Shown piece by piece: positions 38,480-52,028 of a stretch of DNA of 64,000 bases. The stretch is from Octopus sinensis (taxonomy: Eukaryota). The stretch lies in assembly GCF_006345805.1 (NCBI RefSeq), contig NC_042998.1:74152001-74216000 (forward strand), in the 5' to 3' direction. Numbering within the stretch: the stretch's first letter is position 1; the number at the start of each line of letters is the position of its first letter. The notes below the pieces were generated by a model, which made no database searches, was not told where the DNA came from, and was given only the letters and a program-made list of their open reading frames with translations. The translations under genes and the position numbers were made by a program.

Positions 38480-38800
38480 ATGAAATACGGCTACGCATTT
38501 CGCCCGGCTTGCCAACGTTTCTGCCAGCTCGCCGCCTTTTCGTAATTAATACATATTTCTTTACTACCCACAAGGGGCTAAACACAGAAGGGACAAACAA
38601 GGACAGACAAACGGATTAAGTCGATTATATCGACCTCAGTGCGTAAATGGTACTTATTTAATCGACCCCGAAAGGATGGAAGGCAAAGTCGATCTAGGCG
38701 GAATTTGAACTCAGATCGTAGCGCAGACGAAATACGGCTAAGCATTTCACCCGCCATACTAACGTTTCTGCCAGCTCGCCGCCTTTTTCGTAATTAATAC
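38480..38800 (-). mobile_element. SINE (second family) with a locally duplicated head
   Basis: The head plus flank (GAAATACGGCTA...CTTTTTCGTAATTAATAC) occurs twice, at ~38480-38550 and ~38729-38800. Confidence 0.8.
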
Positions 38801-39141
38801 CTTTAGGTCTTTGTCTGTCTGATTTCTCTATCTACTGCATGCCTTCTAATCTCTTCCACCTCTCCTTTCTGCTGTGATTGCTTACTTTACATATTTGGTA
38901 AAAATGTCAAGTATAACTATCAGTATCGTTCAACTTAGCTGCTATCTCCTCTTCTTTTTTCTTTTTTCCGCTTCTCTATTCCGCTTTTCTTATTCTTTCT
39001 TCCCTATATGTCACACCCCTTTTTTTTATTTACTTCTTTTTGTTTTTACGTTTTTGTATTTATTATTTACATCTTTTCTGTGATATACATTCGTCCTTGT
39101 ATTAATTCTTAATTATTTATTTTAATTTTTACTTTTTAAGA

Positions 39142-39407
39142 CATATTTTCCTTAAACTCTTGATTTCTAAAAAGGCTTTTCCAATCTAATTATTATATCT
39201 TATTTCAATGTTTATCGGCAAATATATTTTTTCCGTCAAAGTTAGTCGTTTCCATCCAGCGTATTCCTTTAATTTTGAAAAGTTATATGATCCTCTCCAT
39301 TCATCTCTAAATGTTTGCTTGATAAGTTACAAAGTATTCAAATTGCTGCCTGATGATTGATGACGTGAAACCCTGCGTAACGGTTTCTGAATCTTTTCCG
39401 CTCTCCA

Positions 39408-39410
<3 letters not shown>
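39142..39410 (-). mobile_element. PLE GIY-YIG C-terminal fragment, copy 1
   Basis: The minus strand reads RNRYAGF...[15 protein letters not shown]. Near-identical to 40801-41060. Confidence 0.55.
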
Positions 39411-39469
<59 letters not shown>

Positions 39470-39507
39470 GTTATGTATGTATGTCTATATATAAACATAT
39501 ATATATG

Positions 39508-39541
<34 letters not shown>

Positions 39542-39561
39542 TATGTACATACATGTATATA

Positions 39562-39938
39562 CACTTGCGTCAGAAATTAACTAGCACTTCTCAAATTTCT
39601 ACATTAAATAGGTTAAATCAATTAACCTATGAGCTGTTCAAAACGTCTTACGCGATGAGAAAACTTAGTATGGTGTGATTTCGGTCTTGCGAGGCGCTAC
39701 CTATATTTATTAAACAAAGAATTTGTCTGCATCCGCACTCCAAGTTGTTGTTGCACTGCTACGTCAACATCATAAGGCTTGTAGACTCTCAAACTGCTCT
39801 GCAAACAAAGTTACGTCATCGTTCTGCGCAACAGTGAACTCGCAACAAAGCAATAGTTCGAGATATGGCCACTAGGTGACAGCACATACCTTGAGTGAAG
39901 AGCAAATCAAGGGTGCTAATTAATTTCTGACGGTAGTG
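39562..39938. mobile_element. Tc1/mariner-type MITE
   Basis: TA flanks and TIRs CACTTGCGTCAGAAATTAACTAGCAC / rc CACTACCGTCAGAAATTAATTAGCAC. Confidence 0.85.
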
Positions 39939-40335
39939 TATATACATACATACTTTAAATAATAATAATATAATAATGGTATTTTTATATAAGCTGAAAA
40001 CTTATGGCGATCACCGTGACTAAAGAAAATAGTCTAATAAAGGGGCATATATGCCCTCGACAGAAAAAAAGAAAAGAAGAAGGCTTTCCTATCCACGTGG
40101 GAGGCGAACCCATATCCCTTTGTTAACGCGACCAGGAGGGTTACCAGGTAACACACTTTGTCGCGCACACACACACATACACATATAAGTTAATTAGAGT
40201 ATATCTTAACGTCTTAAAGGGATGATTACATCCAAGAATACACTGGTTCAATATCTTATATCTTTGAGAAATGAATTTCCCTAAATCAATAGGTATATAT
40301 TAAGCATATAATTCCAATTCAATTAAGAGAAGAAA

Positions 40336-40675
40336 ATGGAGAGATAAAGGTTAATAAGTGTTTATTAATAAATTAATAATCATTCATTCCTATAATTGTT
40401 TCAGTTTGTACTCATTCAATAAATTACAAAGTTATGCAATAGATCAACATTTGTAAGTTCTGAGCAAAATCTGTTCTTTCTGGAAAGAACAGATTGTTCA
40501 ATATGTAATTTTTTTTAATATCTAATATTTCCCTGGTGATATTTTGCTCATAACTTATAAATGCAGATTTACTGCATAAATTTGTAATTTATTGAATGAG
40601 TACAAATTGAAACAATTGTAGGAATGAATGATTATCAAATTATCAATAAATAATCATTAACATTTATCTCTCCAT
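40336..40675. repeat. AT-rich fold-back with ~135-bp arms and an inner 13-bp hairpin
   Basis: Arms at 40336-40470 and 40541-40675. The inner hairpin is AATCTGTTCTTTC-TG-GAAAGAACAGATT at 40468-40495. Confidence 0.8.
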
Positions 40676-40736
40676 GTTTTAATCGAATATGGATTGTATA
40701 TATACTTTATTAAAAAGCAGCAAAAATATCACAAAA

Positions 40737-40774
40737 ACTGTTACTCAGTTTCGCATTCCCCTTCATCGAACAGT
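40737..40774 (-). ncRNA. Degenerate minimal hammerhead motif
   Basis: The reverse complement reads ACTGT-TCGATGA-aggggaatgc-GAAA-CTGAG-TA-ACAGT. Confidence 0.4.
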
Positions 40775-40800
40775 TTTGTTTAGATTTTTACCTTTTATCA

Positions 40801-41060
40801 CATATTTTCTTTAAACTCTTGATTTTTAAAAAGGCTTTTCCAATCTAATTATTATATCTATTTCAATGTTTATCGGCAAATATATTTTTTCCGTCAAAGT
40901 TAGTCGTTTCCATCCAGCGTATTCCTTTAATTTTGAAAAGTTATATGATCCTCTCCATTCATCTCTAAATGTTTGTTTGATAAGTTACAAAGTATTCAAA
41001 TTGCTGCCTGATGATTGATTACGTGAAACCCTGCGTAACGGTTTCTGACGCTCTCCAATA
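40801..41060 (-). mobile_element. PLE GIY-YIG C-terminal fragment, copy 2
   Basis: Near-identical to 39142-39410. It is followed on the minus strand by the hammerhead-like motif. Confidence 0.55.
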
Positions 41061-41119
41061 TATATATGTTATATATATATATATATATATATACATATAT
41101 TATGTATGTATGTATGATG

Positions 41120-41185
<66 letters not shown>

Positions 41186-41204
41186 ATATATATAATATAT
41201 ACAT

Positions 41205-41246
41205 ACTGTCCGACACGAACGGGAACGTGAAACTCTGAGTAACAGT
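41205..41246 (+). ncRNA. Degenerate minimal hammerhead motif
   Basis: ACTGT-CCGACACGA-ACG ggaa CGT-GAAA-CTC t GAG-TA-ACAGT. The stems are intact but the core is altered. Confidence 0.5.
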
Positions 41247-41374
41247 TTTTGTGATATTTTTGGTGCTTTTTAATAAACCATATTACTCTACCTCTGGTAT
41301 TCGAGTACTATACTTTCCACTTTGTTTCGCATTTATGTGCTTACTCTGGAATATATATATATAGAGAGAGAGAG

Positions 41375-44040
41375 TGTGAATCCTCTAAACAAAGAACAAA
41401 CAAGAAAAAGCAATAACGCTAGGACGTGGTACTAGTACTGCATTATCAGACGCTCAAGAAAGGAAAGAAAGAGGATTTAAAGTTTCGAGTCAAGCTCTTT
41501 GTCAGAAATAGAAAAAGTCCTAAGGAAGGGAAGACGTAAGGAGAAAATCGCCAACGATACACACGCTGTTACATTTTGAAATGACCGGAAGGGAAAGGGT
41601 GAAGAAAAAGTTCTAAGACGGGAGAGTGCAAGAGAAGGAGATATGTGTGTGTATGTATGTTTGGGTATGTACGTACGTGCAAGTCTCTGTGTGTGTGTTT
41701 AATGATAGCATGTGTATGTGCGTATGTGTGTATGTGGCTTTGGCTGTTTCTACGTGTGTGTGTGAGTAGATTTTCTGTGGCTTATTGTCGTAGGAAGAAT
41801 TTACAGTAAGAATTTTAGGTAGGAATGGCTGTCTTTTGTGTCTCCCTTCACATGAGCGTAGGAGAATGGTCAGCAGAAAGGTGTTTGACTGGTAGCTTGA
41901 AGTATGTGTGTGTGCGTATATGTATATGTTGTGTGTGTGTGTGTTTTGTGTGCAGTGTGTGCCTGTGTCTGTGTGTGTATGTATGTGTGTGTACGTGTGT
42001 ATGCGTGAGGTTGTGTGGGGGGTTGTCTCTGTGGAGCAAATGTGCGTTACTCTGTGTGCGTGCGTGTGTATGTGCGTCTGTGTATGTGTGTGCATGTGTA
42101 TATATATATATGTGTGTGCGTGTGAGTGTATGTGTGTGTACATGTGTGTGTGCGCGTATGTATTTTGTGAGTGCATGTGTTTGCGCGTGTGTACATGCGA
42201 GTATGCGTCTATGTGCGTGTGGATGTATGTGTGTATACGTGAATGTGTGTTGTATGTATGTGGTGTGTGTGGGAGGTATATGTGCGTTCATGTGTGTGTG
42301 TATATATGCACGTTTGTGTGTGTATGTGCGCGTGTATATAGAAATAAAATATAAATTATAATAAAAAACGGTTGATAGGGGATAAAGAAGATGTTAATAC
42401 AATGTAAAATGGCGCAATAAAAAACAAAAAAAAACAAAAGATGAAATAAAGTTGCTTTGTTGCTGGAGGTTGTAGAGACACTCATTAGGAGGAGGGGGTT
42501 CTGTTTAGTCCGAGCGGGAAGTTGTTCGTAGATTAAGAATATAACGCTGTTCCAGGCGGAGTCGTTAATGTGTGGATCCGTGGTGCAGAGCGAGGCCAAA
42601 GAGGGGGCGTGGTTGACCAAGCAGAAGTGACGGGCGACGGGGGTGTTCGGACGTAGCGAAACATCCCTTAGATGTTCGGTAAACCAGGTGGCTTGTCTGA
42701 CCTACATATAATTTACCACGGAGGTTGCATCTAATACAGTATATGAAGCCAGAAAAAGTGCAAGAGAAGGAATTTATGATGTAAAGAGTGTGCTGATTGG
42801 AACCAATGAGGGAGGTAGTATTGGTGATGAAGGGGCAAGTGTAACAGTGGGATCTGGTGGGGCTGGGGGGAAGAGGAGAAGGTACTACGGATCAGTAGAT
42901 CGCGTAGGTTCCGGGTGCGTTTAAAGGAGGACAAGGGTAGGCTGGGGAAAATTGGGCGGGTGGTGGGATCGAGCTGGAGACGACGGAAGGCCCATAGGAT
43001 CCTCTGACGAAGGGGTAGGGTGGGGGCGGAAAAGAGGGGAAAGTGGGTGCGGTTTGGGGTTTGGTATGAGGTGAGGACGAGCTCTGCCAGACGAAGAAGG
43101 GTGAAGGTGCTGGGTGTGGGGTCAAGGTGAAAGTCGAGGAAGTATTGGAAGACCAACAGAACGTCGTTGTGGGGAATCACCATGTATAGGGATTTGATGT
43201 CCAAGGTGAAGAGGAAGTGTGAGGGGCCGGGGAGGAAGGAAAAGGAATTGAAGAGATGAAGGGCATGATTAGTGCCGTGTATGTGGGACAAGATGCGGTC
43301 AAGGTATTTGGAAATGAGTTCGGTGGGGCAATTACAGGCAGATACAATGGGGCGGCCAGGGTTGCTGAGTTTATGTATTTTTGGAAAGAAATAGATGGTG
43401 GAGGTACGGGGTGTTCGGACGATGAGAGTGGTGGTGGTAGGGGGAGAGCAGAAGAGGAGATTAGGTCATGGATGGTGGAGGATACGTACTGTTGGTAGGA
43501 GGAGGTGGGGTCAGGGGGAGGAGGCGATAGAAGAGGGGATTTTGAAGTTGACTGAGTGCTACTCTCTGTATAGTTCCGTACACCACACCACTACCGTTCC
43601 ACATGTGTCTACCGGCTTGATGATGGTGTCATTGCAGAGGCGGAAGTCGCGGAGGGCGATCGATTTAGCACGGGTGAGTTTGGCCCAGAGGGATCGTTTT
43701 TAAAACTGAATCGGTCGACCAGCGCATTGCAGTCGTGCCGAACAAGTCTAGGCTACTGAATTGGCCTGGAGGCGGCGTCCAGTTGGATGGGCGACACCCC
43801 TACTCCGAGAAGCAGTTCCGATTGTCGTGACGCTGTGTTGACGTGTGGAAAAACACGCATAGTTTGAAGCGGCGCAGGAACTGGATGACGTCGGTGCGGG
43901 TCTCAAACTCGTCGCAGTGCGGCGTGAGAGGCGTGAAGCGGAGACCCCTACTGAGGAGTGATCACTCAGCAGCGGATAGAGGGAGGCTTGGTGGTATAGT
44001 GAACATTTTGAATGTAAGAACATCGAGTTATCTTCTACCT
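41375..44040 (-). mobile_element. Penelope-like element (Neptune-like), internally deleted, defective
   Basis: Minus-strand motifs are IIKPVD, PKIHK...PGRPIVSACNCPTELISKYLD, LFTLDIKSLY, LLRLAELVLT, CYTCPFI, IYCIRC...LYVGQT and FTEHLRDV...PVARHF. Then come a (CA)n tract (41640-42345) and a terminal region with a CTGACAA...GAAA motif near 41480-41505. Confidence 0.85.
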
Positions 44041-44615
44041 TTTATTGACGTCTTCATATTTTGTCTAGCCATATCAAAATTCTTTCAAAGAACAAGTAGT
44101 TTTAAAAGATCTGCAACAAACAATGTATTCTTCGTTTCATTAAAAAATACCAAGTTTTTTTGACATCTAATATAAATATTACGTATTTGTATTTGATGCA
44201 AATATATGCAAATCATCAACAAACAAATGTCCAACTACTGCCTTATTGATTAATAGAACAATTACACCAGTACTAAGTGGGTTAATGGTTTCCTTTCTTA
44301 AAATATTATTCTAAACAATATTCGTCTGTGAGAGCTGTTTAAACATATATTTTATGTTCTGTCTGAGTTCAGTGATGTTTATCACATTGAGACATTATTT
44401 TTGTTGATATTAAAATATATTTGACAACCTCAGTTGAGAGGTGAATCTTAATACCACAAAAGAAAATAGAATAGAAAAAAATAAAATAAAATTAAGCTTT
44501 AAGACTTAACATTCATCTTGAACCAGGTCAGATAAAAAAAAACACCAATATTGCTTTTTTTTAAGGTGCTGTTCAAACATAACCATATAGCTATACATAA
44601 CTGATCATGGAACAG

Positions 44616-44655
<40 letters not shown>

Positions 44656-44669
44656 TATGCACACACACG

Positions 44670-44718
<49 letters not shown>

Positions 44719-44765
44719 CTATGCAGCATACACGCGTATATATATATATACGCATACATATATAC

Positions 44766-44804
<39 letters not shown>

Positions 44805-44954
44805 TGATGTGGTGTGCGTGTGTTAAACACACATGCATATTTATAGAAAAAGTACTGTATTATATTCATGGACATATATGGGTCTTAGAAATAGCAGTAT
44901 ATATTTGCTTAATCCTTTATATTTGCAATATATATATGCTTAATCATATACATA

Positions 44955-44993
<39 letters not shown>

Positions 44994-45739
44994 ATGTATG
45001 TATGTATGTATGTATGTATGTATGTATGTATGTATGTGTAAGTGCGCATACGCGCGTGCATGAATGAATTGGGTTGAAATGATTGAAATGGTAAGTATAA
45101 AAGAAATATATGCGGAAATGAGCTCTTATAAACCTCTTATTACTGAATATGTCTGTACATATGCATACATATTTCCGTGAGTGTGGATGATTAACCAAAC
45201 CTCACAGCAAGTTTGACCGGGTAGTATATATAATGCTTTCACTCGTTATTTGTAGGTGTCTGCGAAGTCACGAGCGGAAATGAACGCCTTCTTGTCCCTG
45301 CCACTGATTCAACGGAACAAAGAGGATGACAACTGGCAAAAGAAAGGGCCTACACTAGCACTTGGCTTGTAAGCATCTTCAGCGAAGTTGACTGGATTGA
45401 AGCGGAAGTGCCATAGTTAAGGAGGAAGACGATACATCGCCTAGTCCGGAACACGAACCCATGACCTTATTGTGAGAATAAGCTAATATAAACACGCCTG
45501 AGCGTTTACAAAGAAATTGTGGTCTTATTGTAACTTGTGCGACAAAGTCAATACGCTGCACAATTTCAATACCATTTCCTGCTTTTGGGGTGCTTGAAGA
45601 GAGTTGATTAGAATTTACATGTTGGTCGAGTATGCGTTCCTTTCTTTCTCCCATTAATCCAGGAGACTCCAAAACATGTCATAACTGCAATCTTTTCGTC
45701 ATTGACTAAGCTATGAAAAAAGAATAAACCTTTAATAAG

Positions 45740-46555
45740 CTCAAGGCCCGAAATTCGGTGGGAAGGGTCCAGTCGATTACATCGAGTCCAGTACATGACT
45801 GGTTCTTATTTTATCGACCCCAAAAGGACGAAAGGCAAAGTCGACCTCGGTAGAATTTGTACTCAGAACATAGAGATAGCCGAAATGCCGCTTAGCATTT
45901 TGTCCGGCATGCTGACGCTTCTGCCGGTTAGCTGCCTTAAATGCGATAATTTAATAATAAATACAGTTTATCTTGCTATGAAAAAGCAATGCACTCAGAA
46001 TGATGAATACGAAATAGAAAAAGAAACGAACTTCAGATTTTCAAGTAAAACCCTAGAGTCTGAGGAAGCTAATGATTCTCTTAAGGAAACTAGAGATACT
46101 ACGAGATGGTAAATGGTAATCATTTCAAGTTTTGGCACAAAACCGGCAAGTTCAGGGGACGGGGTAGGTTGATTAAATCAATTCCAGTATTCAGCTGATA
46201 TACTTATTTTATCAACCTCGAAGGGATGGAAGGCAAATTCAACCTCGATGGAACTTGATCTCAGAAAGTTAAGTCAGGCGGAATGCAGCTAAGCGTTCAG
46301 ACCGGGTGCTAATGATTCTGCCAGATCGCCAATAATAATTATTTCTACTCTAGACACAAGGCCTTGAAAATTTTGGGGGAAGAGGTCTAGTCGATTATAT
46401 CTACCCCAGTGCGTAACTGGTACTTATTTCAAAGACTCCGAAAGGATGAAAGGCAAAGTCGACCTCGGCGGAATTTGAATTCAGAACGTAACGGCAGACG
46501 AAATACCGCTAAGCATTTCGTCCGGCGTGCTAACGATTCTGCCAACTCGCCATCT
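45740..46555 (-). mobile_element. Three SINE (second family) copies (~45740-45935, 46120-46330, 46345-46555)
   Basis: Each contains GAAAGGCAAAGTCGACCTCGG...GAATTTGAACTCAGAAC-like sequence. Confidence 0.8.
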
Positions 46556-46576
46556 TCATGCTCACCAATAATAATA

Positions 46577-47817
46577 TTGGGTTGTCCGGAAAGTTCGTGC
46601 CGATTTTGAAAGGAAAGAAAAAGGTCAATGAATATTTGCCATTACATTTTTAATCAACCAAATATGAACCATTTTGTTGCACAATGCGTCTCCACCTTTC
46701 CTTAAACTCGAAAATACCCTATTCCCAGAATTGAGGTGGTTTCATGGCAAAGAATTCATCAAGGTATCTTTTCACGTCACCCAAGGAATTAAAATTTTCA
46801 CCATTAAGATTATTCTGCAGAGATCTGAATAAGTGGAAATCCGAAGGAGCGATATCTGGTGAATATGGAGGGGAGTAACACATCTCAGCCGAGCTGCAGT
46901 AATTCCCAAAGGAGCATGCAGTCTTGCATTATCATGTTGGAAAGCAACACCCTTCCTGTTGACCAATTCTGGACGTTTCTCTTGAATTGCTGTTTTTAAC
47001 TCGTCCAGTTGTGTGCAGTATTTCTCAGAATTAATTGTCTGGTTACTTGGGAGAAACTCATAGTACAGAATTCCTTTCCAATCCCACCAGACACAAAGCA
47101 AGACTTTTTTAGGGCGAAGACCCGCTTTTCGGGTGGCTAAGGATAGCTCATGTCGCTTACTCCAAGATCGCTTTCTCTGAACATTTCGGTTTCGGTAGAT
47201 AATCCATTTCTCATCACCTGTTACAATTTGCTTTAAAAAAGGCGCGTTTTCATTCCGTTTATAAAGCGAATCACAGATGGAATTGCGATCCAAAAGTTTC
47301 TTCTCACTCAACTCATGTGGTACCCAAACAAAGTAGCGATTTGTTCACTCGAGCTTTACCAGGTGCTCATGAACGACAGCTTTCTGCCAATTCTCGGGTT
47401 GTGCAATGTGGGTTATTCTCAATTAATGGCTTGATTTGGTCATCATCTGTAGTGGATGGTCTGCCTGATCGCCCTTTATCTATAAGGCTACCATATCCAG
47501 CTCGGAACCTTGCGAACCACTTCCGTACAGTTCTTTCGGATAAAGAAACATCACCGTAAACTGCGTATATTTCTTTGGTTGCTTGTGAGGCATTTTTCCC
47601 TTTACGGAAAAACAAAAGCATCAAGTGCCGAAAATTTTAAAAGGTTACAGAATTAACACAGGTTATAGGAACATAAACCTTCTTCCACGAAATGATAACT
47701 TAAACTGTGCTCTAAATGGAGGTCTAATCAAATCCTATTTTATGGACTCAACCATGTTCTACAATAAGTCGAAAAGTAAGCTACTATAAATCAGCACGAA
47801 CTTTCCGGACAACCCAA
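46577..47817 (-). mobile_element. Mariner transposon, full length, frameshifted transposase
   Basis: TA flanks and TIRs TTGGGTTGTCCGGAAAGTTCGTGC(C/T)GATTT. Motifs are WVPHEL, IVTGDEKW, FQHDNA and YSPDIAPSDFHLF (ORF pieces 47367-47624 and 46772-47311). Confidence 0.93.
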
Positions 47818-48774
47818 TAGAAAAAGTTTAATGAATTTATTTCTCCTGAACCACCACTTACCATTTCTCTTTCACTCTCTTTTCCTCCCTCTTTTCCCTA
47901 CCACTCACTGCGCTCTTTGTTCATGCCCTATTCTTCCATTTTTTTCTTCTTCACAAGCTAATTTCACAATTTGTTCTTCTTAGATCGATTGTCGACAAAC
48001 AATAATTTCTGATGTGATCGAAATCTGTTGTTTACACTTATTCAGCACGTTCAACATTTGTGCGAGCTTACGCGTATCCACACACACATATTCACAAGCA
48101 TGCACATAAACACATACATAAACACGCACACACACTCATACATACATGCACACATAGAAACACTATACACAAAAACATACCTACACACGAACACATGCAC
48201 TCATACACACACACACACAAACACACACAGTACATTATACGTTACACCATGCACTTACACACACATACCCACACATACACATAACCTTCATACACACACG
48301 ATCGCACTAAGCTACATTTATCGATCTTCTATCAGTTTCGATGAGGAGCACTCGATCAGTTGCTTTACATTTTCATTGAATTAGCGTGTAACTGGCCGAG
48401 TATTCCTCTCAGACACATGTTACACTAACATAAGGTGGTAAGTTGATTCAATGTGACACGGTCTATGTGACAGGGTTGAATCTTTGAATTATAAGTACAA
48501 TCCATCCATCCAGGCTTCCACGCAGTTTCTGCATTCCCATTTCACAAACGAGGCTTAGTTTAAGCGTAGGCTATAGTAAAAGACACTTGCGCCAGATGAG
48601 ACCCAGTGGAATCGAACTCGGGGTCTCATGAACGAATAGTGAACTTCTTAATCACTCGGCTATGACCTCTTCACTATACAGCACGCTACATACACACTAC
48701 ATATATACAATAAGATTATACTTCTTGTGTGTTTATACACTACTCAACACACGTATACTACTTAAAGAGTACAC

Positions 48775-49085
48775 TTCGCATGGTTCAGTGGTTAGAGCGT
48801 CGAGCTCTCAATTATGAGGTAGCGAGTTCGGTTCCCTGACCGGACTATGTGTCGTGTTCTTGAGCAAGACACTTTATTTTTCACGTTGTTCCAGTTCATT
48901 CAGCTGTAGAAATGAGTTGCGACGTTACTGGCGCAAGTTGTATCGGTCTTTGCTTTTCATTTGGACAACATCGGTGACATGAAGGAGAGAGACTTGTACG
49001 CATGGGTGATTGCTTGTCTTGCATAAACAACCTTACCCGGACTTGTTCCTTGGAGGGTAACTTTCTTGGTGCAATCCCATGGTCA
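48775..49085 (+). mobile_element. tRNA-derived SINE (third body type)
   Basis: TGGTTCAGTGGTTAG and GAGTTCGGTTCCC boxes, then GTTCTTGAGCAAGACACT. Confidence 0.7.
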
Positions 49086-49297
49086 ACACACTACGAAATA
49101 TGCTATACGTACATCACCGCACTGTAAAATGCTACCCTACATTCTACATAACCCAATACTACATTACACAGTAAGCAACACGGTATGGTATACAGCTACA
49201 CACTACCTTCGTACTACATTCTACGCTACACATTTATTTACACTCTGTCCAACGCATCACCACACAAGCACTAAACATATGCATCTACACACACGCG

Positions 49298-49328
49298 TAC
49301 ATGCACACACACACACACAACACACACA

Positions 49329-49406
<78 letters not shown>

Positions 49407-50663
49407 TATATATACACGTGGAGGCGCAATGGCCCAGTGGTTAGGGCAGCGAACTCGCGGTCGTAGGATCGCGGTTTCGATTCCCAGATCGGGCGTTGTG
49501 AGTGTTTATTGGGCGAAAACACCTAAAGCTCCCCGATGTTCCGGTAAGGGGTGGTGGCGATCCCTGCTGTACTCTTTTGTCACAACTTCTCTCACTCTTT
49601 CTTCTGTTGGCCTCCTCGCTTAGCCATTTGAAGGCTAAAACAATGCGAAGCGCATTGTGACTAGCTATGTATAACATCTGATAACCTGGTCGGTCACGGT
49701 GATCACGGTGATATATATACACTCACCACGAAGCTTCTCTACACACGCATTACACAGACTCTACATTTACAACACCACATATACACACACGCACACACAC
49801 ATACACACACACACGCACACATACACACTTGCATGAAAACAAAAATTACACACAAATATAGATTCATCGCACACAATCACACACAGACACATACACTCAC
49901 AATCACACACAAGCATATACACTCACAATCACACACACACACACACGCTACAAACACAAAATTGCATACATTTCATACTATGACACTGCCAAATCTTATA
50001 GTTACCAGAAAATATAATTCTGATACGACCACACGCGCACGCTCATATGCATTCATGCTCACAGCGTGTGATTCGACAACTAGATTCCCAATATTCAAGT
50101 GATAAGGTTCGGTTAATAGGTACTAAAGTATTTTATACAAAACACAGAGCTTATCTCAATTAATTTTGTATCAATGCTGAATCTTTCTAGGTTGCCTTCC
50201 ATTGCTTTCAATCGGTATAATATGATTTATTTTTCTCTATACTTTGTGATAATTCCGTATATCACACTGTCTTTGGGAAGAAGAACCTCTAGCAACTGGA
50301 AAGACTCCAAAAATCCTACAAAAACGGTTTTTTTTTTATATATAACAGAAATAACTGATTTAATAGTAGTTGACTAGCACAGAACACTGTAAATGTTGCA
50401 GTATGAAATATATAGATTGACAGGGATATTTCAGTTCACACACACACACACATATCAGTGTATGTAATTATGTATAAGCATATGGCTTCGTAGTGGGTAG
50501 CTTTAGGTGAAGATTTCATTGCGTGACACGTTGTTCATGTGTCTTCAATAGTAGATTCTGGGAGCGTCAGGTTGACCAACACGTCATGGGAGGGATTATA
50601 GAATTTGATAGAAAAAAAACTGGGCGAAAGCCCGTCGTGCACACATATGTTTACATGCACACA

Positions 50664-50701
<38 letters not shown>

Positions 50702-51980
50702 CACACACACACATATATATATATAATATATATATATATACACGTGGAGGCGCAATGGCCCAGTGGTTAGGGCAGCGAACTCGCGGTCGTAGGATCGCGG
50801 TTTCGATTCCCAGATCGGGCGTTGTGAGTGTTTATTGGGCGAAAACACCTAAAGCTCCCCGATGTTCCGGTAAGGGGTGGTGGCGATCCCTGCTGTACTC
50901 TTTTGTCACAACTTCTCTCACTCTTTCTTCTGTTGGCCTCCTCGCTTAGCCATTTGAAGGCTAAAACAATGCGAAGCGCATTGTGACTAGCTATGTATAA
51001 CATCTGATAACCTGGTCGGTCACGGTGATCACGGTGATATATATACACTCACCACGAAGCTTCTCTACACACGCATTACACAGACTCTACATTTACAACA
51101 TCACATATACACACACGCACACACACATACACACACACACGCACACATACACACTTGCATGAAAACAAAAATTACACACAAATATAGATTCATCGCACAC
51201 AATCACACACAGACACATACACTCACAATCACACACAAGCACATACACTCACAATCACACACACACACACGCTACAAACACAAAATTGCATACATTTCAT
51301 ACTATGACACTGCCAAACCTTATAGTTACCAGAAAATATAATTCTGATACGACCACACGCGCACGCTCATATGCATTCATGCTCACAGCGTGTGATTCGA
51401 CAACTAGATTCCCAATATTCAAGTGATAAGGTTCGGTTAATAGGTACTAAAGTATTTTATACAAAACACAGAGCTTATCTCAATTAATTTTGTATCAATG
51501 CTGAATCTTTCTAGGTTGCCTTCCATTGCTTTCAATCGGTATAATATGATTTATTTTTCTCTATACTTTGTGATAATTCCGTATATCACACTGTCTTTGG
51601 GAAGAAGAACCTCTAGCAACTGGAAAGACTCCAAAAATCCTACAAAAACGTTTTTTTTTTATATATAACAGAAATAACTGATTTAATAGTAGTTGACTAG
51701 CACAGAACACTGTAAATGTTGCAGTATGAAATATATAGATTGACAGGGATATTTCAGTTCACACACACAACACACATATCAGTGTATGTAATTATGTATA
51801 AGCATATGGCTTCATAGTGGGTAGCTTTAGGTGAAGATTTCATTGCGTGACACGTTGTTCATGTGTCTTCAATAGTAGATTCTGGGAGCGTCAGGTTGAC
51901 CAACACGTCATGGGAGGGATTATAGAATTTGATAGAAAAAAAACTGGGCGAAAGCCCGTCGTGCACACATATGTTTACAT

Positions 51981-52028
<48 letters not shown>

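Noticed and set aside
39345-39392. Hammerhead at CTGATGA...GAAACC (also near 41008)
   Set aside because: Stems I and II do not pair. The sequence is better explained as the antisense of a GIY-YIG coding fragment.
49420-49495. Possible tRNA gene (also 50746, 21197, 48775)
   Set aside because: A/B boxes are present but there is no clean cloverleaf, and the sequence continues into SINE bodies.
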